Shown in pieces: positions 9,815-19,538 of a DNA stretch of 64,000 nucleotides; position 1 is the stretch's first letter; each line of letters starts with the position of its first letter. This DNA is from Candidatus Hecatellales archaeon. Its GTDB lineage: Archaea > Thermoproteota > Bathyarchaeia > Hecatellales > Hecatellaceae. Under the pieces are notes generated by a model, which was not told the origin of the DNA, did no database searches, and saw only the letters and a list, made by a program, of their open reading frames with translations. The stretch spans positions 2,377-66,376 of the forward strand of contig QMXD01000002.1 in assembly GCA_003661965.1 (NCBI GenBank), read 5' to 3'. Position numbers and translations under genes: made by a program.

Positions 9815-10732
9815 ATGCCCATAAAAATTGGGTGTTGTGGTTTTCCAGTTTCAAAAACAAAGTATTATAGGGAGCTTCCACTTGTCGAGATTAACTCAAC
9901 CTTCTACAATTATCCAAAACAGTCTATCCTGTTAAAATGGAGAAGGGAGGCTCCTGAAAACTTTGAGTTTACCGTTAAAGCCCATCAGGACATAAGCCAT
10001 ACACATAGGTTTAACCCAAACAACGAATGTATTAAAGCCTTAAACCTAATGGTTGAAATATGTAAAACCCTAAACTCAAAAATACTTTTAATCCAAACAC
10101 CAGCCTCCTTCAAACCTGAAGAATCAAACCTTAAAAAAGTTAAAGAATTTTTTGGGAAAATAGGTAAACATAAAATTTTTTGGGTTTGGGAAACAAGAGG
10201 AGATGAATGGTTTAAACCAGAAACCAAAAAAACCCTAAAAAAAATTTTTGATGAGTATGGGATAATCCACTGTACAGACCCTTTTATCAGCCAACCAGCC
10301 AGAGTTGGAGAAATAGCATATTTTAGGCTTCATGGTTTAGGTAAACGCCTATACTACTACCAGTATTCTGATGATGAACTTAAAAAACTGCTAGAAACGG
10401 TTAAAAAGTTTAACAAAAAACGTGAGGTTTATGTCCTATTTAACAATTTAACAATGTTTACCGATGCCTTAAGGTTTAAAAGTCTTGTTGAAAAAGGGGA
10501 ACTCCCAAGCCTAACAGGATGTTTCGGCTTAGAATCCTTTAAAAAGGTTGTTGAAAAAACAAAATTTCCAACCTCAAAACCAAAACTTCTTAAGATGCAT
10601 GGGTGGAAGCTTTTCGACCTTAAACATGGGAAACAAATATTGGTGGAATCTGTTTTAGAGCAGATACCCACAAAAACCTACAATAGTCTTGATGAGCTTC
10701 TTAGTGAGGCTAAAAAAGTTTTGGGAGGTTAA
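9815..10732 (+). CDS. DUF72 (UPF0759/YecE-like) family protein
   Basis: MPIKIGCCGFPVSKTKYY...EINSTFYNYP...W...PENFEFTVKAHQDISH matches the DUF72 signature. The track start at 9737 lies inside the repeat element and is rejected. An ATG is present at 9815. Confidence 0.6.
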   Translation: MPIKIGCCGFPVSKTKYYRELPLVEINSTFYNYPKQSILLKWRREAPENFEFTVKAHQDISHTHRFNPNNECIKALNLMVEICKTLNSKILLIQTPASFKPEESNLKKVKEFFGKIGKHKIFWVWETRGDEWFKPETKKTLKKIFDEYGIIHCTDPFISQPARVGEIAYFRLHGLGKRLYYYQYSDDELKKLLETVKKFNKKREVYVLFNNLTMFTDALRFKSLVEKGELPSLTGCFGLESFKKVVEKTKFPTSKPKLLKMHGWKLFDLKHGKQILVESVLEQIPTKTYNSLDELLSEAKKVLGG

Positions 10733-10968
10733 GCTGAAATTAAGGTTACAGTCCTAATAATTCCTGGAATCTTACGCATCATCGTCACAATTTCATCCAA
10801 CTCTTTAAGTGTTGGTGTTTCAAGTCTTGCAACAACATCATACTCCCCATAAACAGTTTTAGCCTCAGTAACACCCTTAATCTTTTCAAGAGCTGTTTTT
10901 ACCTCAGACTCCTTACCAATCTCGGTAACTATTAAAACATAGATTACCACTGGCAAACCAAACACCAC
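10729..10968 (-). CDS. Stand-alone Lrp/AsnC ligand-binding (RAM) domain protein
   Basis: 79 aa with a beta-alpha-beta-beta-alpha-beta pattern (VIYVLIVTEIGKESEVKTALEKIKGVTEAKTVYGEYDVVARLETPTLKELDEIV) typical of AsnC C-terminal domains. Confidence 0.6.
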   Translation of the reverse strand: MVFGLPVVIYVLIVTEIGKESEVKTALEKIKGVTEAKTVYGEYDVVARLETPTLKELDEIVTMMRKIPGIIRTVTLISA

Positions 10969-10982
10969 TAACGCTAACTTAA

Positions 10983-12215
10983 ATGTTTATGTCTGTTTTA
11001 AATTTTACTACAATAAAAAGTTTTTTAAAGCAAAACCTAGCAGAAAAGTTTAAATCTAAAATTTTCTTCTTCAAAAGAAGGGCTTCACCTTTTCCAGTAG
11101 GTAACCTTAAACCAGAAAAAAAGGCTGTTTTAGCCTTAGCAGACGGAACAACTATTGTTGGTTATGGTTTTGGGGCTACTGGTAAAACCTCTGGCGAGGT
11201 TGTTTTTAACACAGGTATGGTTGGCTATGTTGAATCTATAACAGACCCCTCCTACAATGGTCAAATTCTGGTTCAAACCTACCCACTCATAGGTAATTAT
11301 GGGGTTTGCCCAGAACATTTTGAGTCTGGCGGTCCCAAAATAAGGGGGTATGTGGTTAGGGAGCTTTGTGTTGAACCCAGCCATTGGACCTCAAAAAAAA
11401 CCTTGGATGAGTGGCTTAAAGAAAACGGTGTTCCAGCCATTTACGGTGTTGATACAAGAATGCTTACAAAAAAGCTTAGGATTTTTGGGGTTATGCTTGG
11501 TGTTCTCCACGTTTATCCTCCCGGGGAGGAGCCTAACCTAGAGGAGATTAAAGAGGAGATTAAATATGTTCCAGACCCAAACCAGACAGATTTGGCTAGA
11601 GAGGTTTCAACAAGAAAAATTGTTAGATATGAAACCGACGGAAAATATAGGGTTGTGTTGGTGGATTGTGGAGTAAAAAAAAGTATAATAAGAAACCTTT
11701 TAGCTAGAAAGGTTAACGTTGTTCAGGTTCCAATAGACACCACAACAGATAAAATTCTTTCAGAAAAACCTGACGGAATAGTTTTATCAAACGGTCCTGG
11801 AAACCCAAAAATGGTTCCATACCTCATAAAAACGGTTAAACAGCTATTAGAGGTTAAAATCCCTGTTTTTGGTATATGTTTAGGCTGTCAGGTTTTGGCT
11901 TTAGCTCTTGGAGGAGACACCTATAAGCTAAAGTTTGGTCATAGGGGTCAAAACCATCCAGCAATAGACCTAAAAACCCAAAGATGCTATATTACAAGCC
12001 AAAACCATGGTTACGCTATAAATCCAGACTCCCTACCAGAAGATGTTGAAGTAACCTTTCTAAACGCAAACGATAAAACTGTTGAAGGTATAAAACATAA
12101 AAAACTACCTTTTACCGCTGTCCAATTTCATCCTGAGGCTGCTCCAGGACCTGTAGATACAGACTTTCTTTTTGACCTGTTTTTAAGGGATATGGAAAAG
12201 TTTAGGGGAGGTTAA
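10983..12215 (+). CDS. carA: Carbamoyl-phosphate synthase small (glutamine amidotransferase) subunit
   Basis: CarA N-domain (AVLALADGTTIVGYGFGATG...GEVVFNTGMVGY), GATase with GICLGCQ and HGY..N, and the FHPEA motif. The first ~40 codons translate an AT-rich promoter-like stretch, so the true start is uncertain. Confidence 0.85.
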   Translation: MFMSVLNFTTIKSFLKQNLAEKFKSKIFFFKRRASPFPVGNLKPEKKAVLALADGTTIVGYGFGATGKTSGEVVFNTGMVGYVESITDPSYNGQILVQTYPLIGNYGVCPEHFESGGPKIRGYVVRELCVEPSHWTSKKTLDEWLKENGVPAIYGVDTRMLTKKLRIFGVMLGVLHVYPPGEEPNLEEIKEEIKYVPDPNQTDLAREVSTRKIVRYETDGKYRVVLVDCGVKKSIIRNLLARKVNVVQVPIDTTTDKILSEKPDGIVLSNGPGNPKMVPYLIKTVKQLLEVKIPVFGICLGCQVLALALGGDTYKLKFGHRGQNHPAIDLKTQRCYITSQNHGYAINPDSLPEDVEVTFLNANDKTVEGIKHKKLPFTAVQFHPEAAPGPVDTDFLFDLFLRDMEKFRGG

Positions 12216-12220
12216 AGGGT

Positions 12221-15200
12221 TTGGCTTCCCGTAGGGAAACTGTTAAAAGGGTTTTGGTTGTTGGGAGTGGTGGTATAGTTATCGGTCAGGCTGCAGAATT
12301 TGATTATAGCGGCTCCCAAGCCTTAAAAGCCTTACGTGAAGAGGGAATAGAAACAATACTTGTAAACCCTAACGTTGCAACAATTCAAACAAGTTTAAGG
12401 ATGGCTGACAAGGTTTACCTTGAACCTGCTGTTCCAAACATTGTTGCTGAAATTATTAGAAAGGAAAAACCTGATGGGATTCTGCTTAGCTTTGGAGGGC
12501 AAACAGCGCTTAATGTTGGGGTTGAGCTTAAACGTATGGGTGTTTTGGAAAGTGAGGATGTTAAGGTTCTTGGAACATCAATAGAGACTATAGAGGCTAC
12601 AGAGGATAGAGACCTTTTCCGTAAAGCAATGTTGGAGGCGAACGTTCCAATCCCCCCAAGCCAAGCAGCCTACTCGCTTACAGAGTCTCTTAGGATAGCT
12701 GAAGAAATAGGTTATCCTGTGATTGTTAGGGTTGCGTATACGCTTGGTGGTGGAGGTTCAGGTGTAGCCTATAATGAGGCTGAGTTAAGAGACCTTGTTC
12801 CAAAAGCTTTAGAGCTTAGTCCAGCCCATCAAGTCCTTATTGAAAAGTATCTTGGAAACTGGAAGGAGATAGAGTATGAGGTTATGCGTGACTCTGCTGA
12901 CAACACGATTACCGTTGCTGCACTAGAAAACTTTGACCCTCTAGGTATCCACACAGGAGACAGTATTGTTGTCGCTCCAACCCAAACCCTAACAAACCGT
13001 GAATACCATATGCTAAGAAGTGCTTCTCTAAGAGTTATCCGTAGCCTAAAGGTTGTTGGTGAATGTAACATCCAGTTTGGGCTTGACCCCCAAAGCGAAA
13101 ACTATGTTGTTATTGAGGTTAATGCAAGAATGTCTAGGTCTAGTGCTTTAGCCTCAAAAGCTACGGGGTATCCCTTAGCCTACATAGCTGCTAAACTTGC
13201 TTTAGGTTATACTCTTCCAGAGCTTATAAACAAGGTTACAGGTGTAACAACAGCATGTTTTGAGCCTGCGTTAGACTATGTTGTTGTAAAGATTCCAAGA
13301 TGGGATTTTCAAAAGTTTCCAGGACCTGTAGACCCCCATCTTGGTTCTCAAATGAAGTCTGTTGGGGAGGTTATGGCTATTGCACGTTCTTTTGAGGAGG
13401 CTCTTCAAAAAGCAATTAGATGTCTTGAGGTTGGGAAGATTGGGCTTGTGGCAAACCCAAACCATCAATATGAGTTTTTGTCTGATGATAGGGTTAAGGA
13501 GCTGCTTAAAAATCCTACGGATGAAAGAATATTTATTATTGCTGAGGCTATTAGAAGAGGTTTTTCCATCCAAGAGATTAATAGGCTTACAGGGATTGAC
13601 TGCTGGTTTCTTTACAAGATAAGAAACATAGTTGAAATGGAAAAGGTTTTAAGAAATCTGTCTTTGGAGGATAAGGATGCCTCGGAAATCATACGTAAAG
13701 CAAAAATGCTTGGTTTTTCTGATAGGCAGATAGCCCTATGTATGGGTTTGGATGAAGATGAGGTTAGAGCTTTCAGGAAAAAGTTTGGAATAAAACCCTC
13801 ATTCAAAATTATTGATACTATGGCTGCTGAGTGGGCTTCAAAAACAAACTACTGTTATTTAACCTACGGTGACACCGAGGATGATGTTGATTTTTCACCC
13901 AAAAAGAAGGTTCTTATTCTTGGTGCAGGATGTATAAGGATAGGTAGCAGTGTAGAATTTGACTATTGTACAATGAATACTGCTTGGTCTTTAAAGGAGG
14001 AAGGAATAGATGAAATAATAGTTTTAAATAACAACCCTGAAACAGTTTCAACAGACTATGATATGTCGGATAAGCTTTACTTTGAAGAGATAACTCTTGA
14101 AAGGGTTCTTGACATAGTTGAAGCTGAAAATCCTTTAGGTGTTGTGGTTAACGTTGGAGGTCAAACACCAAACAACCTAGCCTTACCACTAAAAAAGCAT
14201 GGAGTTAAACTTTTAGGAACCCTAGCTGAAAACATTGATAGGGCTGAGGATAGGGCAAAGTTTAGCTCTCTTCTTGACAAGCTTAAGATTCCCCAGCCAC
14301 CATGGAACAATGTAACAAGCCTAGAGTCAGCTAAAGAGTTTGCTAGGAAGGTTGGTTATCCTGTCCTAGTTAGACCCTCCTATGTTCTTTCAGGAGCGGC
14401 TATGAGGGTTGCAACAACAGAAAAAGAGCTTCTTGAATATATAGAGAGGGCTACAAAAATTTCTCCAGAGCATCCTGTTGTTATAAGTAAGTTTATTGAG
14501 GATGCTAAGGAGGTTGAGGTTGATGCTGTTTCTGATGGTGAGGATGTTTTGATAGGTGCCATAATTGAGCATGTTGAGCTTGCTGGAACCCATAGTGGAG
14601 ATGCAACAATGATTATCCCGCCACAAACCCTAACCAAGGAGGAAATAGAAAAAATTGAAGACTATACGGTAAAAATAGCTAAAGAAATTCAGGTTATAGG
14701 ACCTTTTAACATCCAGTTTCTTGTTAAAAACGGTGAAGTTTACATTATTGAGCTTAACCTTAGAGCAAGCCGAAGTATGCCCTACACAAGCAAATGTACA
14801 GGTGTTCCCTTAATCTATATTGGTGGAAAAGTTATGATGGGAAAACGAATCAGAGAGTTTAAGGATAGCATTATAAACAGTAGGAGTATAAGCCACTTTG
14901 GTGTTAAAACCCCAACATTTTCCTTCCTTAGACTTAAGGGTGCAGACCCACTTTTAGGTGTAGAAATGACTTCAACAGGTGAGGTTGCATGTTTAGACTA
15001 TACGGTTGAGGGTGCAATGTTAAAAGCTTTTTTGGCTTCAGGGTTAAACTTCCCAGACCAGAAAAAATTCATCCTTATCACCGTTAGAAAAGAGGATAGA
15101 AAAACAGCCCTTGAAATTGCTAAAGATATTCAGGCTATGGGTTACCCGATACTTGCCACAGGTGGAACAGCAAAATTCCTTCAAGAACATGGAATAGAGG

Positions 15201-15487
15201 TTCTTGGGCTTGGTAAAATAAGTGATGGTATTAGAAGCATACCAAAAATGATTTCAGCTGGAGATATTGGACTTGTTATAAACACACCAACACCAACCAA
15301 AGAAAAAACGATAGACGACAGCTACATCATCAGACGTACAGCTGTAGAGTTTTCTGTTCCTGTTTTAACAAGGATAGAGACAAGTAAAGCCTTTATTAGA
15401 GCCTTAAAAGAGAAAGGTAGAACAGCCTTCCAAGTAAAATCTTTAAACGAGTATCATAAGGAGAATCCTTGGCTAAAATACATCTAA
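12221..15487 (+). CDS. carB: Carbamoyl-phosphate synthase large subunit
   Basis: 1088 aa with two ATP-grasp halves (VLVVGSGGIVIGQAAEFDYSGSQA...; KVLILGAGCIRIGSSVEFDYC) and a C-terminal MGS-like domain. The start is a TTG at 12221, 5 bp after the carA stop. Confidence 0.95.
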   Translation: MASRRETVKRVLVVGSGGIVIGQAAEFDYSGSQALKALREEGIETILVNPNVATIQTSLRMADKVYLEPAVPNIVAEIIRKEKPDGILLSFGGQTALNVGVELKRMGVLESEDVKVLGTSIETIEATEDRDLFRKAMLEANVPIPPSQAAYSLTESLRIAEEIGYPVIVRVAYTLGGGGSGVAYNEAELRDLVPKALELSPAHQVLIEKYLGNWKEIEYEVMRDSADNTITVAALENFDPLGIHTGDSIVVAPTQTLTNREYHMLRSASLRVIRSLKVVGECNIQFGLDPQSENYVVIEVNARMSRSSALASKATGYPLAYIAAKLALGYTLPELINKVTGVTTACFEPALDYVVVKIPRWDFQKFPGPVDPHLGSQMKSVGEVMAIARSFEEALQKAIRCLEVGKIGLVANPNHQYEFLSDDRVKELLKNPTDERIFIIAEAIRRGFSIQEINRLTGIDCWFLYKIRNIVEMEKVLRNLSLEDKDASEIIRKAKMLGFSDRQIALCMGLDEDEVRAFRKKFGIKPSFKIIDTMAAEWASKTNYCYLTYGDTEDDVDFSPKKKVLILGAGCIRIGSSVEFDYCTMNTAWSLKEEGIDEIIVLNNNPETVSTDYDMSDKLYFEEITLERVLDIVEAENPLGVVVNVGGQTPNNLALPLKKHGVKLLGTLAENIDRAEDRAKFSSLLDKLKIPQPPWNNVTSLESAKEFARKVGYPVLVRPSYVLSGAAMRVATTEKELLEYIERATKISPEHPVVISKFIEDAKEVEVDAVSDGEDVLIGAIIEHVELAGTHSGDATMIIPPQTLTKEEIEKIEDYTVKIAKEIQVIGPFNIQFLVKNGEVYIIELNLRASRSMPYTSKCTGVPLIYIGGKVMMGKRIREFKDSIINSRSISHFGVKTPTFSFLRLKGADPLLGVEMTSTGEVACLDYTVEGAMLKAFLASGLNFPDQKKFILITVRKEDRKTALEIAKDIQAMGYPILATGGTAKFLQEHGIEVLGLGKISDGIRSIPKMISAGDIGLVINTPTPTKEKTIDDSYIIRRTAVEFSVPVLTRIETSKAFIRALKEKGRTAFQVKSLNEYHKENPWLKYI

Positions 15488-15506
15488 AATAAGCAAAAAT
15501 TTTTGT

Positions 15507-16115
15507 TTAAAGAGCCATCTTTAAAAAGTATTGGTGTAACCTTCTATCCTCTGTAAGCTCTGGGTGAAAAGCTGCCACCAGAAGATTTTCCTCCTGCGCA
15601 GCAACAATTTTCCCCTCAAACTCAGCTAAAACTTTGGTTTTACCCCAAACCTTTTCTATGACTGGGGCTCGAATAAAAACAGCTGGAAAAGGTTTTTCAC
15701 CCAGAACAGGAATATTTAGGTCAACCTCAAAAGACTCTCTTTGTCTTCCGAAAGCGTTTCTAACAACCTTTATATCCATCAACCCCAACAATGGCTGTCT
15801 AACAACACCAACCTTTAAATCATAAACCTCCTTCGCAAGCAAAATAAGACCAGCACAAGTGCCAAAGATAGGTGTTCCATCCTTAGCCTTCCTAACAATC
15901 TCATCCATTAAACCTCTTTCCTTAGCAACCCTACCAATTGTTGTGCTTTCCCCACCTGGAATTATTAACGCATCAACCTCTTTAAGCTGGTTTAGGTTTT
16001 TAACGGTTTCACATACACCATTAATCCCCATAATTTTTAGAGTATCGTTTACAACTTCAACATGCTCAGAAACAGCTCCCTGAACCCCTAAAACACCTAC
16101 CCTAAGACTTTTCAA
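15507..16115 (-). CDS. pdxT: Pyridoxal 5'-phosphate synthase glutaminase subunit
   Basis: Class I GATase with VGVLGVQGAVSEH, GTCAG and HPE. It is directly downstream of pdxS. Confidence 0.9.
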   Translation of the reverse strand: MKSLRVGVLGVQGAVSEHVEVVNDTLKIMGINGVCETVKNLNQLKEVDALIIPGGESTTIGRVAKERGLMDEIVRKAKDGTPIFGTCAGLILLAKEVYDLKVGVVRQPLLGLMDIKVVRNAFGRQRESFEVDLNIPVLGEKPFPAVFIRAPVIEKVWGKTKVLAEFEGKIVAAQEENLLVAAFHPELTEDRRLHQYFLKMAL

Positions 16116-16120
16116 GACTT

Positions 16121-17047
16121 CTACAAGCCTCTAAACTGCATAAGCTGTTCAGGCTTTAAAGTTTTAATATCAACACCAACCATAGACTTTTTCTCAGTAA
16201 CCATCCTTGAAGCCTCAGCAACCACCGTAGGGTCTTCCCAATGGGTTGTAGCTAAAACTATTGCTTTACCCCTCTCCAAGGGATCCTCAGACTTAAAAAT
16301 TCCTGAGCCTACAAAAATTCCGTCTGCACCAAGCCACATCATTAAAGCTGCATCTGCAGGTGTTGCTATACCACCAGCAGCAAAATTAACCACAGGTAAT
16401 CTTCCAAGTTTAGCTGTCTCCTTTACAAGCTCAAAAGGAACCTTATATTCTCTCGCAACATCAAGCAACTGTTCATCGTTTGCTTTTTGAAGCTCCCTAA
16501 TTTTCCCCATAACAGCCTTCATATGTTTTACAGCCTCAGCAACATTCCCAGTTCCAGCCTCACCTTTAGTTCTAATCATAGCTGCACCCTCAGCTATACG
16601 TCTTAAGGCTTCCCCAAGGTCTCTTGCACCATTAACAAATGGAACCGTAAACTCCCACTTGTTAATATGGTGATGCTCATCAGCCGGGGTTAAAACCTCA
16701 CTTTCATCTATCATGTCAACCCCTATACTCTCCAAAACTTTTGCCTCCATATAGTGTCCTATCCTACATTTAGCCATAACAGGTATGGTAATATGGTCCA
16801 TAACCTCCTCAATAATTTTAATGTCACACATCCTTGCAACTCCACCAGCCTTTCTAACGTCTGCTGGAAGCTTATCCAAAACCATGACAGCAACAGCCCC
16901 AGCATCCTCAGCGATTTGTGCCTGTTCAACGTTTGTAACATCCATGATAACTCCGCCTTTCTGCATTTTTGCAAAACCACGTTTTAAGACTACTGTACCA
17001 TGAACAGGTTTTTGTCTTAGCCTAATCTGGGTGAAGGTTTCTTCCAT
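16121..17047 (-). CDS. pdxS: Pyridoxal 5'-phosphate synthase lyase subunit
   Basis: [34 protein letters not shown] is the canonical PdxS N-terminus. The internal ATG at 17047 was chosen. The track ORF extends to 17098 with a hydrophobic, junk-like extension. Confidence 0.9.
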   Translation of the reverse strand: MEETFTQIRLRQKPVHGTVVLKRGFAKMQKGGVIMDVTNVEQAQIAEDAGAVAVMVLDKLPADVRKAGGVARMCDIKIIEEVMDHITIPVMAKCRIGHYMEAKVLESIGVDMIDESEVLTPADEHHHINKWEFTVPFVNGARDLGEALRRIAEGAAMIRTKGEAGTGNVAEAVKHMKAVMGKIRELQKANDEQLLDVAREYKVPFELVKETAKLGRLPVVNFAAGGIATPADAALMMWLGADGIFVGSGIFKSEDPLERGKAIVLATTHWEDPTVVAEASRMVTEKKSMVGVDIKTLKPEQLMQFRGL

Positions 17048-17246
17048 GAAAAACACCACTAAAAAGTAAAGCGAAGAAGAATAAAAACTTTTTAGCATTT
17101 AAATTTAGAGAAAAATTTTTTGTTTCTATGTTAGACTACTTTTTCTTTTTTGTTGATTTCTTCTTTTTTGTTGATTTTCCTTTAGCCATTTTCTTTCATC
17201 CCCCAACAATAAAAAATTAGACTTTTCTATTTAAAATTTTTTTGTT

Positions 17247-17546
17247 TTAAAGCCTTCTCTTTCCGCCTCTATGAGTATGGGGGCTAACCATCAACCTTAC
17301 CGACTGATAATTCTTTTTACCAATCCAGCTTGAAAGAACAACCCTACCGTTTATCCTCTCCCTAAACGAGGGATAGCTAACTATTAGAGCAATTCTTCCG
17401 TTTTCAGGTTTATAGGAAAGAATTTTTGCATGGTGTTTTAGTCTACCTAAAAGCCTATAAAACTCAGATTTACCTATCGTGGGGATAATTTCCTTCCAAA
17501 CTTCTATTTTCTCTCTTATTCTTTTTATCGTATGTTTTTTTGGCAT
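17247..17546 (-). CDS. Hypothetical small basic protein, 99 aa
   Basis: ORF MPKKHTIKRIREKIEVWKEIIPTIGKSEFYRLLG... with no motif I can place. Confidence 0.35.
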   Translation of the reverse strand: MPKKHTIKRIREKIEVWKEIIPTIGKSEFYRLLGRLKHHAKILSYKPENGRIALIVSYPSFRERINGRVVLSSWIGKKNYQSVRLMVSPHTHRGGKRRL

Positions 17547-17702
17547 GGTGTCAACTACTTATTAGGTTTTAAACTATATAAACTGGTATTTAACACACAT
17601 AAAATATTTTAAACCAGCAAACTAACCAAAAAATTTAAAAGTGTAATGTTAGAGTAGTATAGGAAGGATTTTCGTAAAACAGTTTTTTGAGGTTCGTTTG
17701 CC

Positions 17703-18869
17703 TTGAAAGATTTGGCTGAAAGAGGAAAACTTATCGAAAGACCTGCTCACAGAGCCATAAGAGACTATGCTGCAAAACTAGGATACCGTGACCTAATATA
17801 TTTAAATGTAGGTGAACCTGACTTTTCAACACCAAAAAACATAGTTAATGCTGCAAAAAAAGCGATGGAAAAAGGTTTTACCCATTATACCGAGGAAAGA
17901 GGTCTTGTTAAGCTTAGGGAAAGTTTAGCATCAAAAATAAGGGCGGAAAGAAAGGTTGAAGTTGAAAAGGATGGGATTCTTATAACCAATGGGAGCGCTG
18001 AGGCAATATTCATTGCCTTAATGAGTTTAATCAATCCTGGTGATGAGGTTATTCTTTTTAAACCATATTATCCACCCTATCTTTCCTGTGTTAGGATAGC
18101 TGGAGGCAAACCTGTATTTATCCCCTTCAACACTGAAACTTTAACACCAAACATTGAAGCCTTAAAAGAGGTTGTAAACGAAAAAACTAAGGCTATCATT
18201 GTTAATAGTCCATGTAACCCTTCAGGTGTTGTCTACGATAAAGATGTTTTAAAGACTATCGCCGAAATTGCGGTAGATAAAGATCTATACGTCTTATCTG
18301 ACGAGGTATATGACAGGTTCATCTATAATGGAAGCTTTTACAGCATCTCCTCCTTCGACAAAAACCTTGAAAGAACAATCATTATTAACAGTTTTTCAAA
18401 AACCTATGCTATGACAGGTTGGAGGATAGGCTATCTCGCAGGAAACAAGGAGCTTGTTTCAAACATCCTTAAAATGAGAGGTGCTGTAAACGTTTGTGTA
18501 AACGCAATCTCACAAATAGCTGCCTTAGAAGCCCTAAAAAAGTCTTCCGAAAAACATGTTAAAAAAATGTTGGCTGAATATGCTAAAAGAAGAAAGTTTG
18601 TTTTGGATATGCTTTCCAAGGTTCCTGAGCTTAAATGTCCAAAACCAGATGGAGCATTCTATATTTTTCCTAATGTTTCAGCTATAGAAAAGGATTCTTT
18701 AAAGTTTACGATGTATCTGTTGGAGAAGGCTCATGTGGTTGTAAGTCCTGGAAACTCTTTCGGCTCCAACGAACATATAAGAATATCCTATTCATGTTCA
18801 ATGGAAAACCTGAGAAAAGCCTTTAACAGGATAGTTAAGGCTGTTAAAGAGTATAAGGCTAAAACATAA
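17703..18869 (+). CDS. Class I/II PLP-dependent aminotransferase (aspartate aminotransferase-like)
   Basis: YLNVGEPDFSTP, NSPCNPSG, and the PLP-lysine region SFSKTYAMTGWRIGY. The start is a TTG. Confidence 0.85.
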   Translation: MKDLAERGKLIERPAHRAIRDYAAKLGYRDLIYLNVGEPDFSTPKNIVNAAKKAMEKGFTHYTEERGLVKLRESLASKIRAERKVEVEKDGILITNGSAEAIFIALMSLINPGDEVILFKPYYPPYLSCVRIAGGKPVFIPFNTETLTPNIEALKEVVNEKTKAIIVNSPCNPSGVVYDKDVLKTIAEIAVDKDLYVLSDEVYDRFIYNGSFYSISSFDKNLERTIIINSFSKTYAMTGWRIGYLAGNKELVSNILKMRGAVNVCVNAISQIAALEALKKSSEKHVKKMLAEYAKRRKFVLDMLSKVPELKCPKPDGAFYIFPNVSAIEKDSLKFTMYLLEKAHVVVSPGNSFGSNEHIRISYSCSMENLRKAFNRIVKAVKEYKAKT

Positions 18870-18899
18870 AATTTTTTACTGTGGGAGGTTAGATTAAAA

Positions 18900-19472
18900 A
18901 TCAGAAGAATTCTAGTTCTTAACAACAGTAGTGAAACCTTAGATAAGCTTGTTAACTTCCTTAAAAGCTTTAACGAGGTTAAAGTTGACGTTAAAAAACC
19001 TGGAGAGATTCTTCAACCCAACAACTATCATGGAGTAGTTATTTCAGGTGGTTTTCTCCCAAACGAAAGATACAGAGAGCTTCTTATCTGGTATAAGAAT
19101 TTTCTTAGTGAGGTTCAATGTCCAGTTTTGGGGATATGTTTAGGGCTTAGAATATTTGGCTATTGTTATGGTGCTAGGATAAGAAAAATGGAGAAGGAGG
19201 AAAACGGGATAGTAAAAATATTTTTCCATAGGGAGTATCCTCTTGCCCCTGGAAGAAAAGAGTTAACGGTTTATGAAACCCACCTATACGAGCTTATTTC
19301 TACTGGTGAATATCTTGAAAACTATGGTAGTTCAACTGTATGCAGAATTCAGGCGGTAAAACATAAAAGTAAACCTCATTATGCTGTTCAGTTTCATCCT
19401 GAAGTTGGTGAAAACAACGAGGGACCGCTTATCCTAGAAAATTTTGTTAGGCTTTGTGTAAAACAGTCATAA
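18900..19472 (+). CDS. guaAA: Class I glutamine amidotransferase, GMP synthase subunit A (GuaA-A)-like, with an atypical start
   Basis: GICLG... and a C-terminus IQAVKHKSKPHYAVQFHPEVGENNEGPLILENFV that closely resembles archaeal GuaA-A. The reading frame is open back to 18870 with no ATG/GTG/TTG. A strong SD (GGGAGGT, 18883..18889) sits 10 nt before the ATC at 18900. The track shows only the C-terminal 114 aa from the ATG at 19128. Confidence 0.55.
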   Translation: MRRILVLNNSSETLDKLVNFLKSFNEVKVDVKKPGEILQPNNYHGVVISGGFLPNERYRELLIWYKNFLSEVQCPVLGICLGLRIFGYCYGARIRKMEKEENGIVKIFFHREYPLAPGRKELTVYETHLYELISTGEYLENYGSSTVCRIQAVKHKSKPHYAVQFHPEVGENNEGPLILENFVRLCVKQS

Positions 19473-19538
19473 TAGTTTCTATAAGTTTTAGACAAGCTTA
19501 AAGGTTTTTAGGTAGAATTTAGGTTAGGTGGTTTTCTT

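Noticed and set aside
17048-17098. N-terminal extension of pdxS ([17 protein letters not shown])
   Set aside because: It is hydrophobic and junk-like. The canonical PdxS N-terminus follows the internal Met.
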